Source: Vicinamibacterales bacterium | GTDB lineage: Bacteria > Acidobacteriota > Vicinamibacteria > Vicinamibacterales > UBA8438 | Length of the DNA stretch: 64,000 nucleotides | Direction: 5' to 3' | Assembly: GCA_965207265.1 (NCBI GenBank) | Contig: OZ242279.1 | Span: 1,797,093-1,861,092, forward strand | Shown here: piece after piece, positions 16,772-26,689 of the stretch | How the letters are laid out: every line of letters begins with the position of its first letter | Position numbering within the stretch: position 1 is the stretch's first letter | Translations under genes and position numbers: made by a program | Notes under the pieces: model-generated | Told to the model about the DNA's origin: nothing | What the model saw: the letters and a program-made list of their open reading frames with translations, nothing else | Database searches by the model: none

Positions 16772-17150
16772 GGAGACACCGTGTCACAATTGCGTCGCGT
16801 GGGAGGCCAACGATTCGAGCCGGTGGTGGGATCATGTTCCCGGATACTACTGGCCCGACGGGTTGCCACGGGATGAGTCAGTCGAAGCATATGTGGGCTT
16901 GTTTCGAAGACTGGGGTTCGAGTTGTGCGACAACCCGGAGCATGAACCCGGTTTCGAGAAGATTGCCGTGTACGGCAGGGCCGGTAAGTTCAGCCATGTG
17001 GCTCGACTGCTGGAATCGGGCATTTGGACGAGCAAGCTGGGCACGCTCGAGGACATTGAGCACGATGACCTCGACTCGCTGACCGAGGACTTGGACGATT
17101 CGTACGGACAGCCTCTTGTGTTTCTCCGGAGGGCGAAGGCCCAACCTTGA
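16731..17150 (+). CDS. conserved hypothetical protein with Cys/His motifs (CHNCVAWEA .. SHVARLL .. SKLG..EDIEH)
   Basis: 139 aa. Resembles a widespread uncharacterised family I recall with YNCIAWA..RWWWP..YWP..GFEKVA.Y..HAARQL..WTSKLG..DIEH. The N-terminus looks short and overlaps the upstream ORF by 41 nt. Confidence 0.6.
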   Translation: MRSRRRPTFGRSTEETPCHNCVAWEANDSSRWWDHVPGYYWPDGLPRDESVEAYVGLFRRLGFELCDNPEHEPGFEKIAVYGRAGKFSHVARLLESGIWTSKLGTLEDIEHDDLDSLTEDLDDSYGQPLVFLRRAKAQP

Positions 17151-17164
17151 GCCGGCGGAGCTCA

Positions 17165-17509
17165 TCAAGGGGTGCAGGCCAGCGCCTCGAGGGCACGCAC
17201 CACGCTGGCGAGATTGTTCATCATCCAGGCCAGCACGGCGGTGAGGACCGCGAGAAAGGCGCCGGCAGCATACATCCGGTGGCTCAACGTATCGAGCTTC
17301 TTCGCCTGGTCCCTGGACTGTGCCGTCAGGGTCTCGACCGCCTGCTTCAGCCCGCCTATCGATTCGCGCATCCCGCCGATCGACTGAAGCACGAACTGTG
17401 CCGGTCCGGACGCAATCGAATGGAGTTCACCGTCGGACTGCACCGAGTGCGGACGAGCATCACTACCTGGAACCGCTTCGGAGGATGACATGGTGCAAAC
17501 GACACGCAA
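17165..17509 (-). CDS. small coiled-coil protein with a C-terminal TM anchor
   Basis: 114 aa. Coiled-coil-like LKQAVETLTAQSRDQAKKLDTLSHR followed by hydrophobic AAGAFLAVLTAVLAWMMNNL. Confidence 0.5.
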   Translation of the reverse strand: MRVVCTMSSSEAVPGSDARPHSVQSDGELHSIASGPAQFVLQSIGGMRESIGGLKQAVETLTAQSRDQAKKLDTLSHRMYAAGAFLAVLTAVLAWMMNNLASVVRALEALACTP

Positions 17510-17530
17510 GAGCCGTTGCCCGCAGCCGGC

Positions 17531-18508
17531 CTACTGCCCGTCGTTCTCCGCCTGCCGCACGGCCTCCGCGCCGGTCAGCGAGCTGGCCATCGAGTAGTTG
17601 CCCTCGTGGCAGGCGTACTCGTACAGCGGCTCGGGGCTGAGGGTCATCCGCACCTCGGCCGTCCACGGTCCCGCCCACGTGGTCGGGTCGGTGGCCGTGA
17701 ACGAATAGGTCAGCGTGTCCGGCCCGGTGCGGGTGAAGCGCTCCACCAGGTGCAGGTTGGCGCTGGAGCCGCCGAACGACGTCTCGCGCAGGAAGTTGGT
17801 GGTCTCTACCACCAGCGTGTCGCCGTCCCAGCTCGCCCGCGAGTCGCCGGCCCACTGGCGCAGCGACGCCGGCACGTGCGGGCGGCCGTCGAGCGGCACG
17901 AGCCGCGCGTTGTGCACCATCTCGTTCAGGATGCCGAAGTGATCGTCCGTCAGGAAGAGCTGCACGTTGTTGTTGTAGACGCTCGGCGTCATCGGCGGCC
18001 CGGAGTTGAATCCCATCAGGCAGCGCTCGGAGAGCCCGCGGTCCTCGGGCCCCTCGGCCGGCCGGCCGCGCATGACGCGCGTCGCCAGGCCGCGCGCCTC
18101 GGCTTCCGGGCGCATGGCCGGGATGCGGCCGTTCGGCGGATCCACGATGAGCGAGGTGCGGTATTCCGCGAGCTCGTCGCCGCGTTCGAACCAGATCGCC
18201 TGCTCGTAGCTGACGCGGGCCTCGAGCGACGCGGTCGGCGACGTCGAATCCCCGGCGCGCCGGCGCTCGGCCAGCAGCGCCTCGTACTCGGCCGCCTCCT
18301 CCGCCGTGAGCCGCTCCTTGCCGGCCAGCTCCTCGGGGCGCTGCATCGGCGTGGCGGTCGAGAAGTTCCAGACGCCGGACGGATCGGGCCTGCCATCCGC
18401 GGTGCGCGGGACATCCGTCTGCCCGAGCGCGGCGACAGGAGCGACGAGGACGGCGGCAAGGACGAGCGGCAGAGGACGGAGCGACGACGGCAGGAAACGG
18501 TGAGTCAT
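17531..18508 (-). CDS. secreted hypothetical protein
   Basis: 325 aa with signal peptide LPLVLAAVLVAPVAALGQ. Globular composition and no recognised catalytic motif. Confidence 0.7.
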   Translation of the reverse strand: MTHRFLPSSLRPLPLVLAAVLVAPVAALGQTDVPRTADGRPDPSGVWNFSTATPMQRPEELAGKERLTAEEAAEYEALLAERRRAGDSTSPTASLEARVSYEQAIWFERGDELAEYRTSLIVDPPNGRIPAMRPEAEARGLATRVMRGRPAEGPEDRGLSERCLMGFNSGPPMTPSVYNNNVQLFLTDDHFGILNEMVHNARLVPLDGRPHVPASLRQWAGDSRASWDGDTLVVETTNFLRETSFGGSSANLHLVERFTRTGPDTLTYSFTATDPTTWAGPWTAEVRMTLSPEPLYEYACHEGNYSMASSLTGAEAVRQAENDGQ

Positions 18509-18583
18509 GGCGCTACCTCGAATGTTCGTGCTCCGGCCGATTATAGGGCCGCCGGAGCGTACCGCACCGCACGCCGATGCAAC

Positions 18584-20149
18584 TCAGAGCCGCTGCGCGC
18601 CGGGGCGCCCGTCCTCGACCAGGAACGACGCCCGCGTGGAGATGGGGCTGTCGGGCCGCGTCACGTATTCCAGGACCTGGTAGTCCGCCCGGCACCGCTC
18701 CGGGGTCAGGTCGCAGCGCACGTAGCCGCGCTGGCCGTTGTAGAACCGGATCCACGGGTTCTCGCCGAGCAGCGCCGCGGTGTTGTCGCGGGTGTCGGCG
18801 CCGTCGCCGCTGGAGCTGATGGACGTGCCGACGAACTCGGTGCCGACCACCGGCGCGGCCGGGTCGCCGTAGTCCACCTGGAGATCGGCCACCCAGTTGC
18901 TGTGGATGTCGCCGGTCAGGACGACCGGATTCGCGGGCTGCCGCGTCGCGAGAAACTCCATCAGCCGGCGGCGCGCCACCTCGTAGCCGGACCAGACGTC
19001 CAGCCCGTACGACTCGCCTGCGCCCGGCGTGAAGTCGACCCGCGCCATCATGATCTGCTGCGGAATGACGTTCCAGCGCGCCGTCGACCGGTCGAGCCCG
19101 TCCACGAGCCAGCGCTCCTGCGTCTCGCCGAGCAGCGTGGCTGCCGGGTCGTGGATGCCGTCGCAGACGACGCCGCGGCGGTCGCCGCACGGCTGGTCGG
19201 TGCGGAACTGCCGCGTGTCGAGCACGTGGAACGAGGCCAGATCGCCCCAATCGAAGGCGCGGTAGAGCTGCAGGTCGGGGCCGTTGGGCAGCGACGAACG
19301 GCGGAGCGGCATGTGCTCGTAGTAGGCCTGGTAGGCGGCCGCGCGGCGCCGGAGGAACAGCTCGGCCGGCAGCCCCTCCTCCTCCGAGACGTCGTTCGCG
19401 TAGTTGTTGTCCACCTCGTGGTCGTCCCACGTGACCACCCAGGGGAATGCCGCGTGCGCCGCCTGCAGGTCGGGGTCGCTGCGGTAGAGCGCGTACCGGT
19501 TGCGATAATCGTCGAGCAGCTCGATCTCGTCGCCGGTGTGCCTTCGTACGCGCCCGTCGCGTCCCTCGTACTCGTAGATGTAGTCGCCGAGGTGGAAGAC
19601 GAGATCGAGATCGTCCTCGATCATGTGGCGGTACGCGGTGTAGTACCCCTGCTCGTAGTGCTGGCACGAGGCGAACGCGAACCGGAGCCTGTCCGCCGGC
19701 GCGCCCGGGGCCGGAAGCGTGCGGGTCCGGCCGACCGTGCTCTCGTCGACGCCGGTGCGGAACCGGTACCAGTACCAGCGTCCCGGCTCCAGTCCGTCCA
19801 CCTCGACGTGGACGCTGTGCCCGAGCGTGGCGCTGGCCAGGGTCGTGCCGCGCTGGACGACGTCGGCCATCCGCTCGTCGCGCGCCACCTCCCAGATCAC
19901 CTCCACGTCCTCCGGCGGCATCCCGCCGCCCTGGAGGGGCTCGAGGGCCAGGCGCGTCCACAGCACGACGCCGTCGGGCGACGGGTCGCCGGACGCCACG
20001 CCGAGCGGAAAGACCGACGGCTGGAAGAGAGAGCCACCCGAGACGCGGCGGGCGGCGCCGAGGCCCAGCAGAGCCAGACCGCCGGTCAGCAGATCGCGAC
20101 GATCCAACCGGCGCTGGAGCAACGAATCGAAACGGACGTGATTGGTCAT
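18584..20149 (-). CDS. phoD: alkaline phosphatase PhoD family, Tat-exported
   Basis: Start set at ATG 20149 ([24 protein letters not shown] is a twin-arginine signal). Motifs [11 protein letters not shown] and [10 protein letters not shown] match PhoD-type metallophosphatases. Confidence 0.9.
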   Translation of the reverse strand: MTNHVRFDSLLQRRLDRRDLLTGGLALLGLGAARRVSGGSLFQPSVFPLGVASGDPSPDGVVLWTRLALEPLQGGGMPPEDVEVIWEVARDERMADVVQRGTTLASATLGHSVHVEVDGLEPGRWYWYRFRTGVDESTVGRTRTLPAPGAPADRLRFAFASCQHYEQGYYTAYRHMIEDDLDLVFHLGDYIYEYEGRDGRVRRHTGDEIELLDDYRNRYALYRSDPDLQAAHAAFPWVVTWDDHEVDNNYANDVSEEEGLPAELFLRRRAAAYQAYYEHMPLRRSSLPNGPDLQLYRAFDWGDLASFHVLDTRQFRTDQPCGDRRGVVCDGIHDPAATLLGETQERWLVDGLDRSTARWNVIPQQIMMARVDFTPGAGESYGLDVWSGYEVARRRLMEFLATRQPANPVVLTGDIHSNWVADLQVDYGDPAAPVVGTEFVGTSISSSGDGADTRDNTAALLGENPWIRFYNGQRGYVRCDLTPERCRADYQVLEYVTRPDSPISTRASFLVEDGRPGAQRL

Positions 20150-20367
20150 CGCCTGCCCCCTGTCATGGACGGTCCCCAACGCCGCGCACGGTGGATGCGG
20201 CCACCGTCTCCGCTCCCGCACCTCGGGATGCGTCAAGTCTAGGACCCAATCGTCTCACACACGTTCCGGCGACGTTAACTCTCCGCAAAAAAACGTGGGT
20301 CCGCCCCCGCAGCGACGCCCCCGGCCGGTTGACGGGATTCGCGCGGCTGGGGTACCGTTTATGCGCT

Positions 20368-20442
20368 ATGCGGCTGGGCGTCCCTCATGCGCATCATGGT
20401 CACCATACCCGCCGGTGGGCGGGCCTGTGGACTTGCGCGTGA
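20368..20442 (+). promoter_or_regulatory. candidate his operon leader peptide ORF (MRLGVPHAHHGHHTRRWAGLWTCA)
   Basis: 24 codons with 5 His among 7 consecutive codons (20386-20406). Lies upstream of hisI and is followed by an intrinsic terminator. No upstream plus-strand gene is present. No clear Shine-Dalgarno. Confidence 0.4.
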
Positions 20443-20476
20443 CGTAATCGGGCTGGAGACGCTCACGCACCACGAG

Positions 20477-20507
20477 GCCTCGCCGAGCACGCGGCGAGGC
20501 TTTTTTT
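20477..20507 (+). terminator. rho-independent terminator / attenuator hairpin
   Basis: GCCTCGCCG-AGCACG-CGGCGAGGC (9-bp perfect GC-rich stem) followed by T7 (20501-20507). Sits 63 nt before the hisI ATG. Confidence 0.7.
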
Positions 20508-20570
20508 ATGCGCCGAGAGCGGCGGAAGGCGGTAGCGGGCGGGGCTGCGCCAGGTGGGAGTGCGACGGGA

Positions 20571-20933
20571 ATGCAGATGGACTTTTCGAAGCTCGACGGG
20601 TTGATCCCGGCGGTGGTGCAGGACGACGACAGCAACGAGGTGCTGATGGTCGGGTTCATGAACGAGGAAGCACTCGCGCGCACCCGCGCGTCGGGGTTCG
20701 CGACCTTCTTCAGCCGAACCCGCAACAAGTTGTGGATGAAGGGTGAGACGTCGGGCAACCGGCTGAAGGTGCGGCGCCTGCTGACCGACTGCGACGACGA
20801 CACCGTGCTCGTGCGCGTGGAACGGCAGGGCGACGGGAACGTCTGCCACACCGGCGAGCGCACCTGCTTCTTCAAGACGCTCGACGAGTTGGCGCCGGAC
20901 GCGGACCGGCAGATCGTGGAACCGGCGCGATGA
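20571..20933 (+). CDS. hisI: phosphoribosyl-AMP cyclohydrolase (monofunctional)
   Basis: From ATG 20571 ([18 protein letters not shown]). [18 protein letters not shown] and [23 protein letters not shown] are HisI signatures. Confidence 0.9.
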   Translation: MQMDFSKLDGLIPAVVQDDDSNEVLMVGFMNEEALARTRASGFATFFSRTRNKLWMKGETSGNRLKVRRLLTDCDDDTVLVRVERQGDGNVCHTGERTCFFKTLDELAPDADRQIVEPAR

Positions 20934-21811
20934 CGCTCCGTCTGGGCATCCCGAAGGGCTCCCTGCAGGAGTCCACGGTGCAGCTCTTCGCGCGCGCCGG
21001 CTTCAACATCTACGTGAGCTCCCGCTCCTACTACCCGACGATCGACGATCCGGATATCGAGTGCACCCTGATCCGGGCGCAGGAGATGGCGCGCTACGTC
21101 GCCGACGACGCGGTCGACGCGGGACTGACCGGCATCGACTGGATCGCCGAGCACCAGGCGGCCACCGGCAAGGAGGTGGTTAGCGTCACCGACCTGGTCT
21201 ATTCCAAGCAGAGCTTCCGCAAGGTGCGTTGGGTGCTGGCCGTGCCGGAAGAGTCGAAGTACCGGTCGCCGCGGGATCTGGAGGGCGCGCGGATCTCGAC
21301 CGAGCTGGTGCGCGTGACCGAGGCGTACTTCGCGCGGCTGGGCGTCAACGTCCACGTCGAGTTCTCGTGGGGCGCGACCGAGGTGAAGCCGCCCGACCTG
21401 GCCGAGGCGATCGTCGAGGCGACGGAGACGGGATCGACGCTGCGCGCCAACCACCTGCGCATCATCGACACGGTGCTGGAATCGAATCCGCAGCTCATCG
21501 CCAACCGGCGGGCCCTCGACGACCCGGCGAAGCGGACGAAGATCGAGAACATCGCGCTGCTGCTGCGGGCGGCGATGGAGGCGCAGGGACGGGTCGGACT
21601 GATGTTGAACGTGCAGCGGCCCGACCTCGACGCGATTCTCGCGTTGCTGCCCGCGCTGCAGCGTCCGACCGTGTCTCCGCTCAGCGATGCCGACTGGGTG
21701 GCCGTCTCCACGATACTCGAGGAGCGCGACGTCCGCGAGCTCATGCCGCGCCTGCGGGCGGCCGGCGGACACGGGATCGTCGAGTACCCGTTGAACAAGA
21801 TCGTCCTATGA
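20930..21811 (+). CDS. hisG: ATP phosphoribosyltransferase (long form)
   Basis: 293 aa. [14 protein letters not shown].. with a C-terminal regulatory-domain-length extension. ATGA overlaps on both sides. Confidence 0.9.
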   Translation: MTLRLGIPKGSLQESTVQLFARAGFNIYVSSRSYYPTIDDPDIECTLIRAQEMARYVADDAVDAGLTGIDWIAEHQAATGKEVVSVTDLVYSKQSFRKVRWVLAVPEESKYRSPRDLEGARISTELVRVTEAYFARLGVNVHVEFSWGATEVKPPDLAEAIVEATETGSTLRANHLRIIDTVLESNPQLIANRRALDDPAKRTKIENIALLLRAAMEAQGRVGLMLNVQRPDLDAILALLPALQRPTVSPLSDADWVAVSTILEERDVRELMPRLRAAGGHGIVEYPLNKIVL

Positions 21812-23100
21812 GGATCATCGCGTCGTCGCAGGCGCGGGCGGTGCGGTCGCTGGTCGAGCGCGGGCGGACGCCCGACCCCGACGTCGCCGGCCGGGTGGCG
21901 GAGATCGTCGACGACGTGCGGCGGCGCGGCGACCGGGCCGTGCTGAAGTACGCCCGCGCGTTCGACCGCCTGCGCGGGGCCGTCGAGATCGAGGCGGACG
22001 AGATCCGGCGCGGCGCGCAGGAGACGCCGCCCGCGGTGCGCGCGGCCATCAGGACCGCGGCGCGGCACATCCGGCGGGTATCGGCAAAGCAGGTCCCCAG
22101 GGGCTGGCGCGAGACGGTGGCGCCCGGCGTGGTGATCGAGCAGCGGGTGACGCCGCTCGACCGCGTCGGCTGCTACGTGCCGGGCGGACGCCACCCGCTG
22201 CCGTCGTCGCTGCTGATGACCGCGCTCCCGGCGCGGGCGGCCGGCGTGCCGGAGGTGATCGCGACCTGCCCGAACCCCGCGCCGGCGGTGCTCGCGGCGG
22301 CCGTCGAAGCGAAGGTCTCGCGCCTGTTCCGCATCGGCGGGGCGCACGCCATCGCCGCGTTCGCCTACGGCACGGCGACGATTCCGCGCGTCGACCGGAT
22401 CGTCGGCCCGGGCAACGCCTACGTCGCCGCCGCCAAGGCGCAGGTGGCGCGCGACTGCCCCATCGACTTCTACGCCGGTCCGACCGAGATCGTCGTCGTC
22501 TCCAGCGACGGCAATCCGGAGTGGATCGCCGCGGACCTTGTGGCGCAGGCCGAGCACGATCCCGACGCCAGGGCGATCCTGCTGACGCCGGAACGGTCGC
22601 TGGCGCGGGCCGTGGCCGCCGCCGTGGCCGCCCAGATCGAGGAGCATCCCGGCGCGGCGCCTTCGATCGCGGCCCACGGCGTCGCGGTGGTGACCCCCAC
22701 CCTGGACGAGGCCGTCGACCTGGCGAACGCCATCGCCCCCGAGCACGCGGTGACCGACACGCTGGCCGTGGCCCGCCGCGTGGTCCGGGCCGGCACGGTC
22801 TTCGTCGGGCCCTTCGGCGCACAGGCGGCCGGCGACTACGCCACCGGGTCGAACCACGTGCTGCCGACCGACGGGGTGGCGCAGGTGCGCGGGGGCCTGA
22901 GCGCGGCCGACTTCGTGCGCGTGAACAGCGTGCAGCGGCTGACCCGGCAGGGCCTGCGCGGCCTGGCGCCGAGCGTGATCTCGCTGGCCAACGCGGAGGG
23001 ACTCCACGCCCACGCCGCGTCGGTGGCGCGGCGGGTGCTGCCGCCGTCCCGAGGCAGGAGGTCGAGACCGGAAACCGGCGGCCGGGAGGAGGGCGGTTGA
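21808..23100 (+). CDS. hisD: histidinol dehydrogenase
   Basis: 430 aa from ATG 21808. ..[17 protein letters not shown].., [22 protein letters not shown] and SNHVLPT motifs. Confidence 0.9.
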   Translation: MRIIASSQARAVRSLVERGRTPDPDVAGRVAEIVDDVRRRGDRAVLKYARAFDRLRGAVEIEADEIRRGAQETPPAVRAAIRTAARHIRRVSAKQVPRGWRETVAPGVVIEQRVTPLDRVGCYVPGGRHPLPSSLLMTALPARAAGVPEVIATCPNPAPAVLAAAVEAKVSRLFRIGGAHAIAAFAYGTATIPRVDRIVGPGNAYVAAAKAQVARDCPIDFYAGPTEIVVVSSDGNPEWIAADLVAQAEHDPDARAILLTPERSLARAVAAAVAAQIEEHPGAAPSIAAHGVAVVTPTLDEAVDLANAIAPEHAVTDTLAVARRVVRAGTVFVGPFGAQAAGDYATGSNHVLPTDGVAQVRGGLSAADFVRVNSVQRLTRQGLRGLAPSVISLANAEGLHAHAASVARRVLPPSRGRRSRPETGGREEGG

Positions 23101-23711
23101 GCACGAACGACGCGGCGGCCGACACGCGGCAGGCGACGATCACCCGCGAGACGACCGAGACGCAGATCGCGATGCAGCTCGCGCTGGACGGCAGCGGGCG
23201 GTACACCGTCAGCACCGGCATCCGGTTCTTCGACCACATGCTCGAGCTGCTGGCCCGGCACGGGGCGTTCGACCTGACGCTGCGGGCGACCGGGGACCTC
23301 GACGTCGACCAGCACCACACGGTCGAGGACGTCGGCATCGCCCTCGGGCAGGCGGTGACGCAGGCGCTCGGATCGAAGCGGGGGATCAACCGGGCCGGTT
23401 ACTTCATCATGCCGATGGACGAGACGCTCGGGGTGGCCGCCGTCGATCTGAGCGGACGCGTCCACGCCGTCACCGACCTGAACCTGGCCGTCGAGCGCGT
23501 GGGCGACCTGCAGGCCGAGCTGGTCCACGACTTCTTCGACGGCTTCGCCCAGGGGGCGCGCGCCAACGTGCACGTGAAAGTGCTGTACGGCCGGTCGAGC
23601 CATCACCAGATCGAGGCGCTGTTCAAGGCGTTCGCACGGGCGCTGCGGGTGGCCTGCTCGCGCGACCGGCAGCTCGGCGAGATGCTGCCGAGCACGAAGG
23701 AGCTGCTGTGA
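23097..23711 (+). CDS. hisB: imidazoleglycerol-phosphate dehydratase
   Basis: TTG 23097 overlaps the hisD stop (start uncertain). [23 protein letters not shown] and [17 protein letters not shown] are IGPD motifs. Confidence 0.9.
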   Translation: MSTNDAAADTRQATITRETTETQIAMQLALDGSGRYTVSTGIRFFDHMLELLARHGAFDLTLRATGDLDVDQHHTVEDVGIALGQAVTQALGSKRGINRAGYFIMPMDETLGVAAVDLSGRVHAVTDLNLAVERVGDLQAELVHDFFDGFAQGARANVHVKVLYGRSSHHQIEALFKAFARALRVACSRDRQLGEMLPSTKELL

Positions 23712-24337
23712 GCATCGCGTTGATCGACTACGACGCCGGCAATCTCACGTCCGTGCGCAAGGCGCTCACCCACCTCGGCGCGCGCTTCGAGACGCCGGCG
23801 GGACCGGCCGCGCTGGCCGGGGCCGGCGCGGTGATCGTCCCGGGCGTGGGCAACTTCGAGGTGACCGCCGCCCTCGACGCGGACTGGCGCCGCGCCATCG
23901 CCGGCGTGCTCGAGCGCGGCGGCCTGCTGCTCGGCATCTGCGTCGGCCTGCAGTGGCTGTTCGAAGGCAGCGAGGAGGCGCCCGGGGTGCCCGGCCTCGG
24001 CGCGCTGCCGGGGCGCTGCCGGCTCATCGAGCATCCGGACCCGGCCGGTCCCGCCGGCGGCGCGCTCTTCAAGGTGCCGCACGTCGGCTGGAACAGCCTG
24101 CACCGGACCCGCGACTCGTGGGTGCTCGACGGCGTGGAGGAAGGCGACCAGGTCTACTTCACGCACTCGTATGCCGCTCCGGTCGGCCCCGAGTGCATCG
24201 GCTCGACCACCTACGGCATCGAATTCGCGAGCGTCGTCGAGCGCGAGCGCCTCGTCGGCATGCAGTTCCATCCCGAGAAGTCGGGCGACGTCGGCCTGCG
24301 TCTCTTCCGCAACGTCCTCGATCGGATGGCCGCCTGA
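23708..24337 (+). CDS. hisH: imidazole glycerol phosphate synthase, glutamine amidotransferase subunit
   Basis: GTG start. [28 protein letters not shown] (nucleophile Cys) and MQFHPEKS. Confidence 0.9.
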   Translation: MSIALIDYDAGNLTSVRKALTHLGARFETPAGPAALAGAGAVIVPGVGNFEVTAALDADWRRAIAGVLERGGLLLGICVGLQWLFEGSEEAPGVPGLGALPGRCRLIEHPDPAGPAGGALFKVPHVGWNSLHRTRDSWVLDGVEEGDQVYFTHSYAAPVGPECIGSTTYGIEFASVVERERLVGMQFHPEKSGDVGLRLFRNVLDRMAA

Positions 24338-25131
24338 TGCTGTCCAAGCGCATCATCGCCTGCCTGGACGTACGCGACGGGCAGGTCGTCAAGGGCATCA
24401 ACTTCGAGGGGCTGCGATCGGCCGGCGATCCGGCCGCGCTTTCCCGGCGCTACAACCGCGAGGGCATCGACGAGGTGGTGATCCTCGACGTCACCGCGAC
24501 CATCGAGAAGCGCAAGGCGATGGCGCGGACGATTCACGCCGTGGCGCAGGAGATCTTCCTGCCGCTGTGCGTCGGCGGCGGGATCAACGATGAGGCCCAC
24601 GCCGATGCCGCCATCGAGGCGGGGGCCGACAAGGTGAGCTTGAACACCGCCGCCATCGCGAGGCCGGAGTTGCTGACCGCTCTCGCCCGCCGCTACGGCA
24701 GCCAGGCGGTGATCGTCGCCATCGACGCCAAGCGGGAGGGCGGCGGGTTCCGGATATACGTGCGCAGCGGGCGGCAGGCGACCGAGCGCGACGCGGTGGA
24801 ATGGGCGCGGGAGGCGGCCGACAGGGGTGCCGGCGAGATCCTGCTGACCTCCATCGACCGCGACGGCACCAAGAGCGGCTTCGACTGCGAGTTGACCGCG
24901 GCGGTCTCCGAGGCGGTCTCCATCCCGGTCATCGCGTCGGGCGGCGCCGGCACCTTCGATCACTTCGTCGACGTGTTCACGGCGGGGAAGGCGGACGCGG
25001 CGCTCGCGGCGTCGATCTTCCATTACGCCGAGCACGCGGTGGCCGACCTGAAGCAGCACCTCCACGAGCGCGGCATCCCGGTGCGGATGGGGCGCTGGGC
25101 GCGCACCGGGGACGCCGAGCCGTCCGCTTGA
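24337..25131 (+). CDS. hisF: imidazole glycerol phosphate synthase, cyclase subunit
   Basis: [20 protein letters not shown].., SIDRDGTKSGFD and IASGGAG. ATG overlaps the hisH stop. Confidence 0.92.
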   Translation: MLSKRIIACLDVRDGQVVKGINFEGLRSAGDPAALSRRYNREGIDEVVILDVTATIEKRKAMARTIHAVAQEIFLPLCVGGGINDEAHADAAIEAGADKVSLNTAAIARPELLTALARRYGSQAVIVAIDAKREGGGFRIYVRSGRQATERDAVEWAREAADRGAGEILLTSIDRDGTKSGFDCELTAAVSEAVSIPVIASGGAGTFDHFVDVFTAGKADAALAASIFHYAEHAVADLKQHLHERGIPVRMGRWARTGDAEPSA

Positions 25132-25159
25132 GAGGAACCGCGGCAGGAACGAGGCAACC

Positions 25160-25858
25160 GTGCTGATTCCATCGATAGATCTCAAGGGCGGCCAGGTCGT
25201 GCAGCTCGTCCAGGGCGAGCGGCCGGCCATCGCCTCGGACGACGTCGACGGCTGGGTGCGCAAGTTCCAGGACTTCCCACGCGTGCAGGTCATCGACCTC
25301 GATGCCGCGATGGGTTCCGGCACGAACGACACGCTGGTGCAGTCGATAGCCCCGCGGCTCACCTGCCGCGTCGGGGGGGGCATCCGCACGGTCGAGCGGG
25401 CGGGCGCGGTGCTCGGCTACGGCGCCGGCGCGGTCATCGTCGGCTCGTCGCTGTTCCGCGACGGCCGGCCCGACCTCGACTTCGCCGCGGCGCTGGCCGA
25501 GGCGGTCGGGCCCGAGCGGATCATCGCCGCCGTGGACAGCAAGGGCGGGCGGGTCGTCATCAAGGGCTGGCGGGAGGCCACGCCGCTCACCGCGGTCGAG
25601 GCGGTCCGCGCGCTCGAGCCGTGGTGCGGCGAGTTCCTCTACACGCACGTGGACAAGGAAGGGCTGATGCAGGGGACCGACATGGACGCCATCCTGTCGG
25701 TCCGCGACGCGACGTCGCGCCGCCTGACCGCGGCGGGGGGCATCACCACCCGTGACGAGATCGACCGGCTCGACGCGGCGGGCATCGACGCGGTGGTCGG
25801 CATGGCCATCTACACCGGCCGGCTCGACGCCACCCCGCCGGGGACGACCGCGCGATGA
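25160..25858 (+). CDS. hisA: ProFAR isomerase (1-(5-phosphoribosyl)-5-[(5-phosphoribosylamino)methylideneamino]imidazole-4-carboxamide isomerase)
   Basis: GTG start. LIPSIDLKGGQVVQLVQG, VGGGIR and AGGITT..VVGMAIY motifs. Confidence 0.88.
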   Translation: MLIPSIDLKGGQVVQLVQGERPAIASDDVDGWVRKFQDFPRVQVIDLDAAMGSGTNDTLVQSIAPRLTCRVGGGIRTVERAGAVLGYGAGAVIVGSSLFRDGRPDLDFAAALAEAVGPERIIAAVDSKGGRVVIKGWREATPLTAVEAVRALEPWCGEFLYTHVDKEGLMQGTDMDAILSVRDATSRRLTAAGGITTRDEIDRLDAAGIDAVVGMAIYTGRLDATPPGTTAR

Positions 25859-25867
25859 GTCCACCCG

Positions 25868-26299
25868 CTATATCTCGATCGGATCGAACACGCCGAACAC
25901 GCGGTAGTCGCGGGCGTTCGAGGTGACGATCCGCGCAATGCCGCTCTCGTAGTACGTGGCCGCGAGCAGCGTGTCGAGCAACCGCTTGCGCCCGAGCCCG
26001 TGCTCCCGCATCCAGACCAGGAACCGGCGGACGGCCTGATCGTCCGGCACGATCCGCTCCACCTCCGCCGCATTCCACCAGAGGCTCGCCTTGGCGAGCG
26101 CCTGCGGCATCGACAGCGGCCGCTCGAAGCGGCGCGGGTCGGTCACGACGTGGACGAACTCTGCAAGCACCTGCGGCGCAAGCCCCGCCTCGCGGCGGCG
26201 TCCCAGGATGTCCCGGCGCAGCACCTCCAGCGCCGCGTCGTGGGACTCGGCTTCCCGGATCTCGACCTGCACGAGAAACGTCGTGTCAAGCCCGACCAT
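25868..26299 (-). CDS. vapC: type II toxin, PIN-domain VapC family
   Basis: 143 aa. VGLDTTFLV .. AEF.. .. LDTLLAAT .. IVTSNARDY is the PIN acidic quartet pattern. Overlaps the upstream RHH gene. Confidence 0.85.
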   Translation of the reverse strand: MVGLDTTFLVQVEIREAESHDAALEVLRRDILGRRREAGLAPQVLAEFVHVVTDPRRFERPLSMPQALAKASLWWNAAEVERIVPDDQAVRRFLVWMREHGLGRKRLLDTLLAATYYESGIARIVTSNARDYRVFGVFDPIEI

Positions 26300-26528
26300 C
26301 GTCGAACATCTCCGTCAACAGATCGTCGTCGGCGCACAACGGTTTCAGCACCCGGCCCACCGAGACCGGGCTCAGATCGGCCAGCGTCGTGGAACGGGCT
26401 ATCCGCCGCTCGCGGAACTCCGCCATCGCTTCCCGGATCAGCTCGGATGCGGTCCTGTCCCGCGCTCTGGCAAAGCGCTGGAAATCCCGGTAGACGGGCT
26501 CGGATACATTTATCGTTATGGTCTTCAT
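26286..26528 (-). CDS. vapB: type II antitoxin, ribbon-helix-helix (CopG/VapB-like)
   Basis: 80 aa. MKTITINVSEPVYRDFQRFARARDRTASELIREAMAEF is a typical RHH. Confidence 0.85.
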   Translation of the reverse strand: MKTITINVSEPVYRDFQRFARARDRTASELIREAMAEFRERRIARSTTLADLSPVSVGRVLKPLCADDDLLTEMFDDGRA

Positions 26529-26689
26529 ACATTTATCTTAATGTATTTCGGGCTGAACCGACCGCCCTGACCGATCCGCCGCGAGGTACCCGCACGGCCT
26601 CGCCGGCCGGCTGTATCATGCAACAGCAGCCGCGCACCACGCCGCCACTCCCGCGCGCACTGGACGGCAGGGCGGGACGAACAGCATCC

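Noticed and set aside
17516-20242. 908-aa plus-strand ORF
   Set aside because: It is antisense to PhoD and to the secreted protein, both of which have clear signals and motifs. Its composition is Arg/Pro/Gly-rich with no motifs.
21199-23389. Long minus-strand ORFs (604 aa and 446 aa) across hisG/hisD/hisB
   Set aside because: They are antisense to unmistakable his genes and have low-complexity Arg/Pro-rich products.
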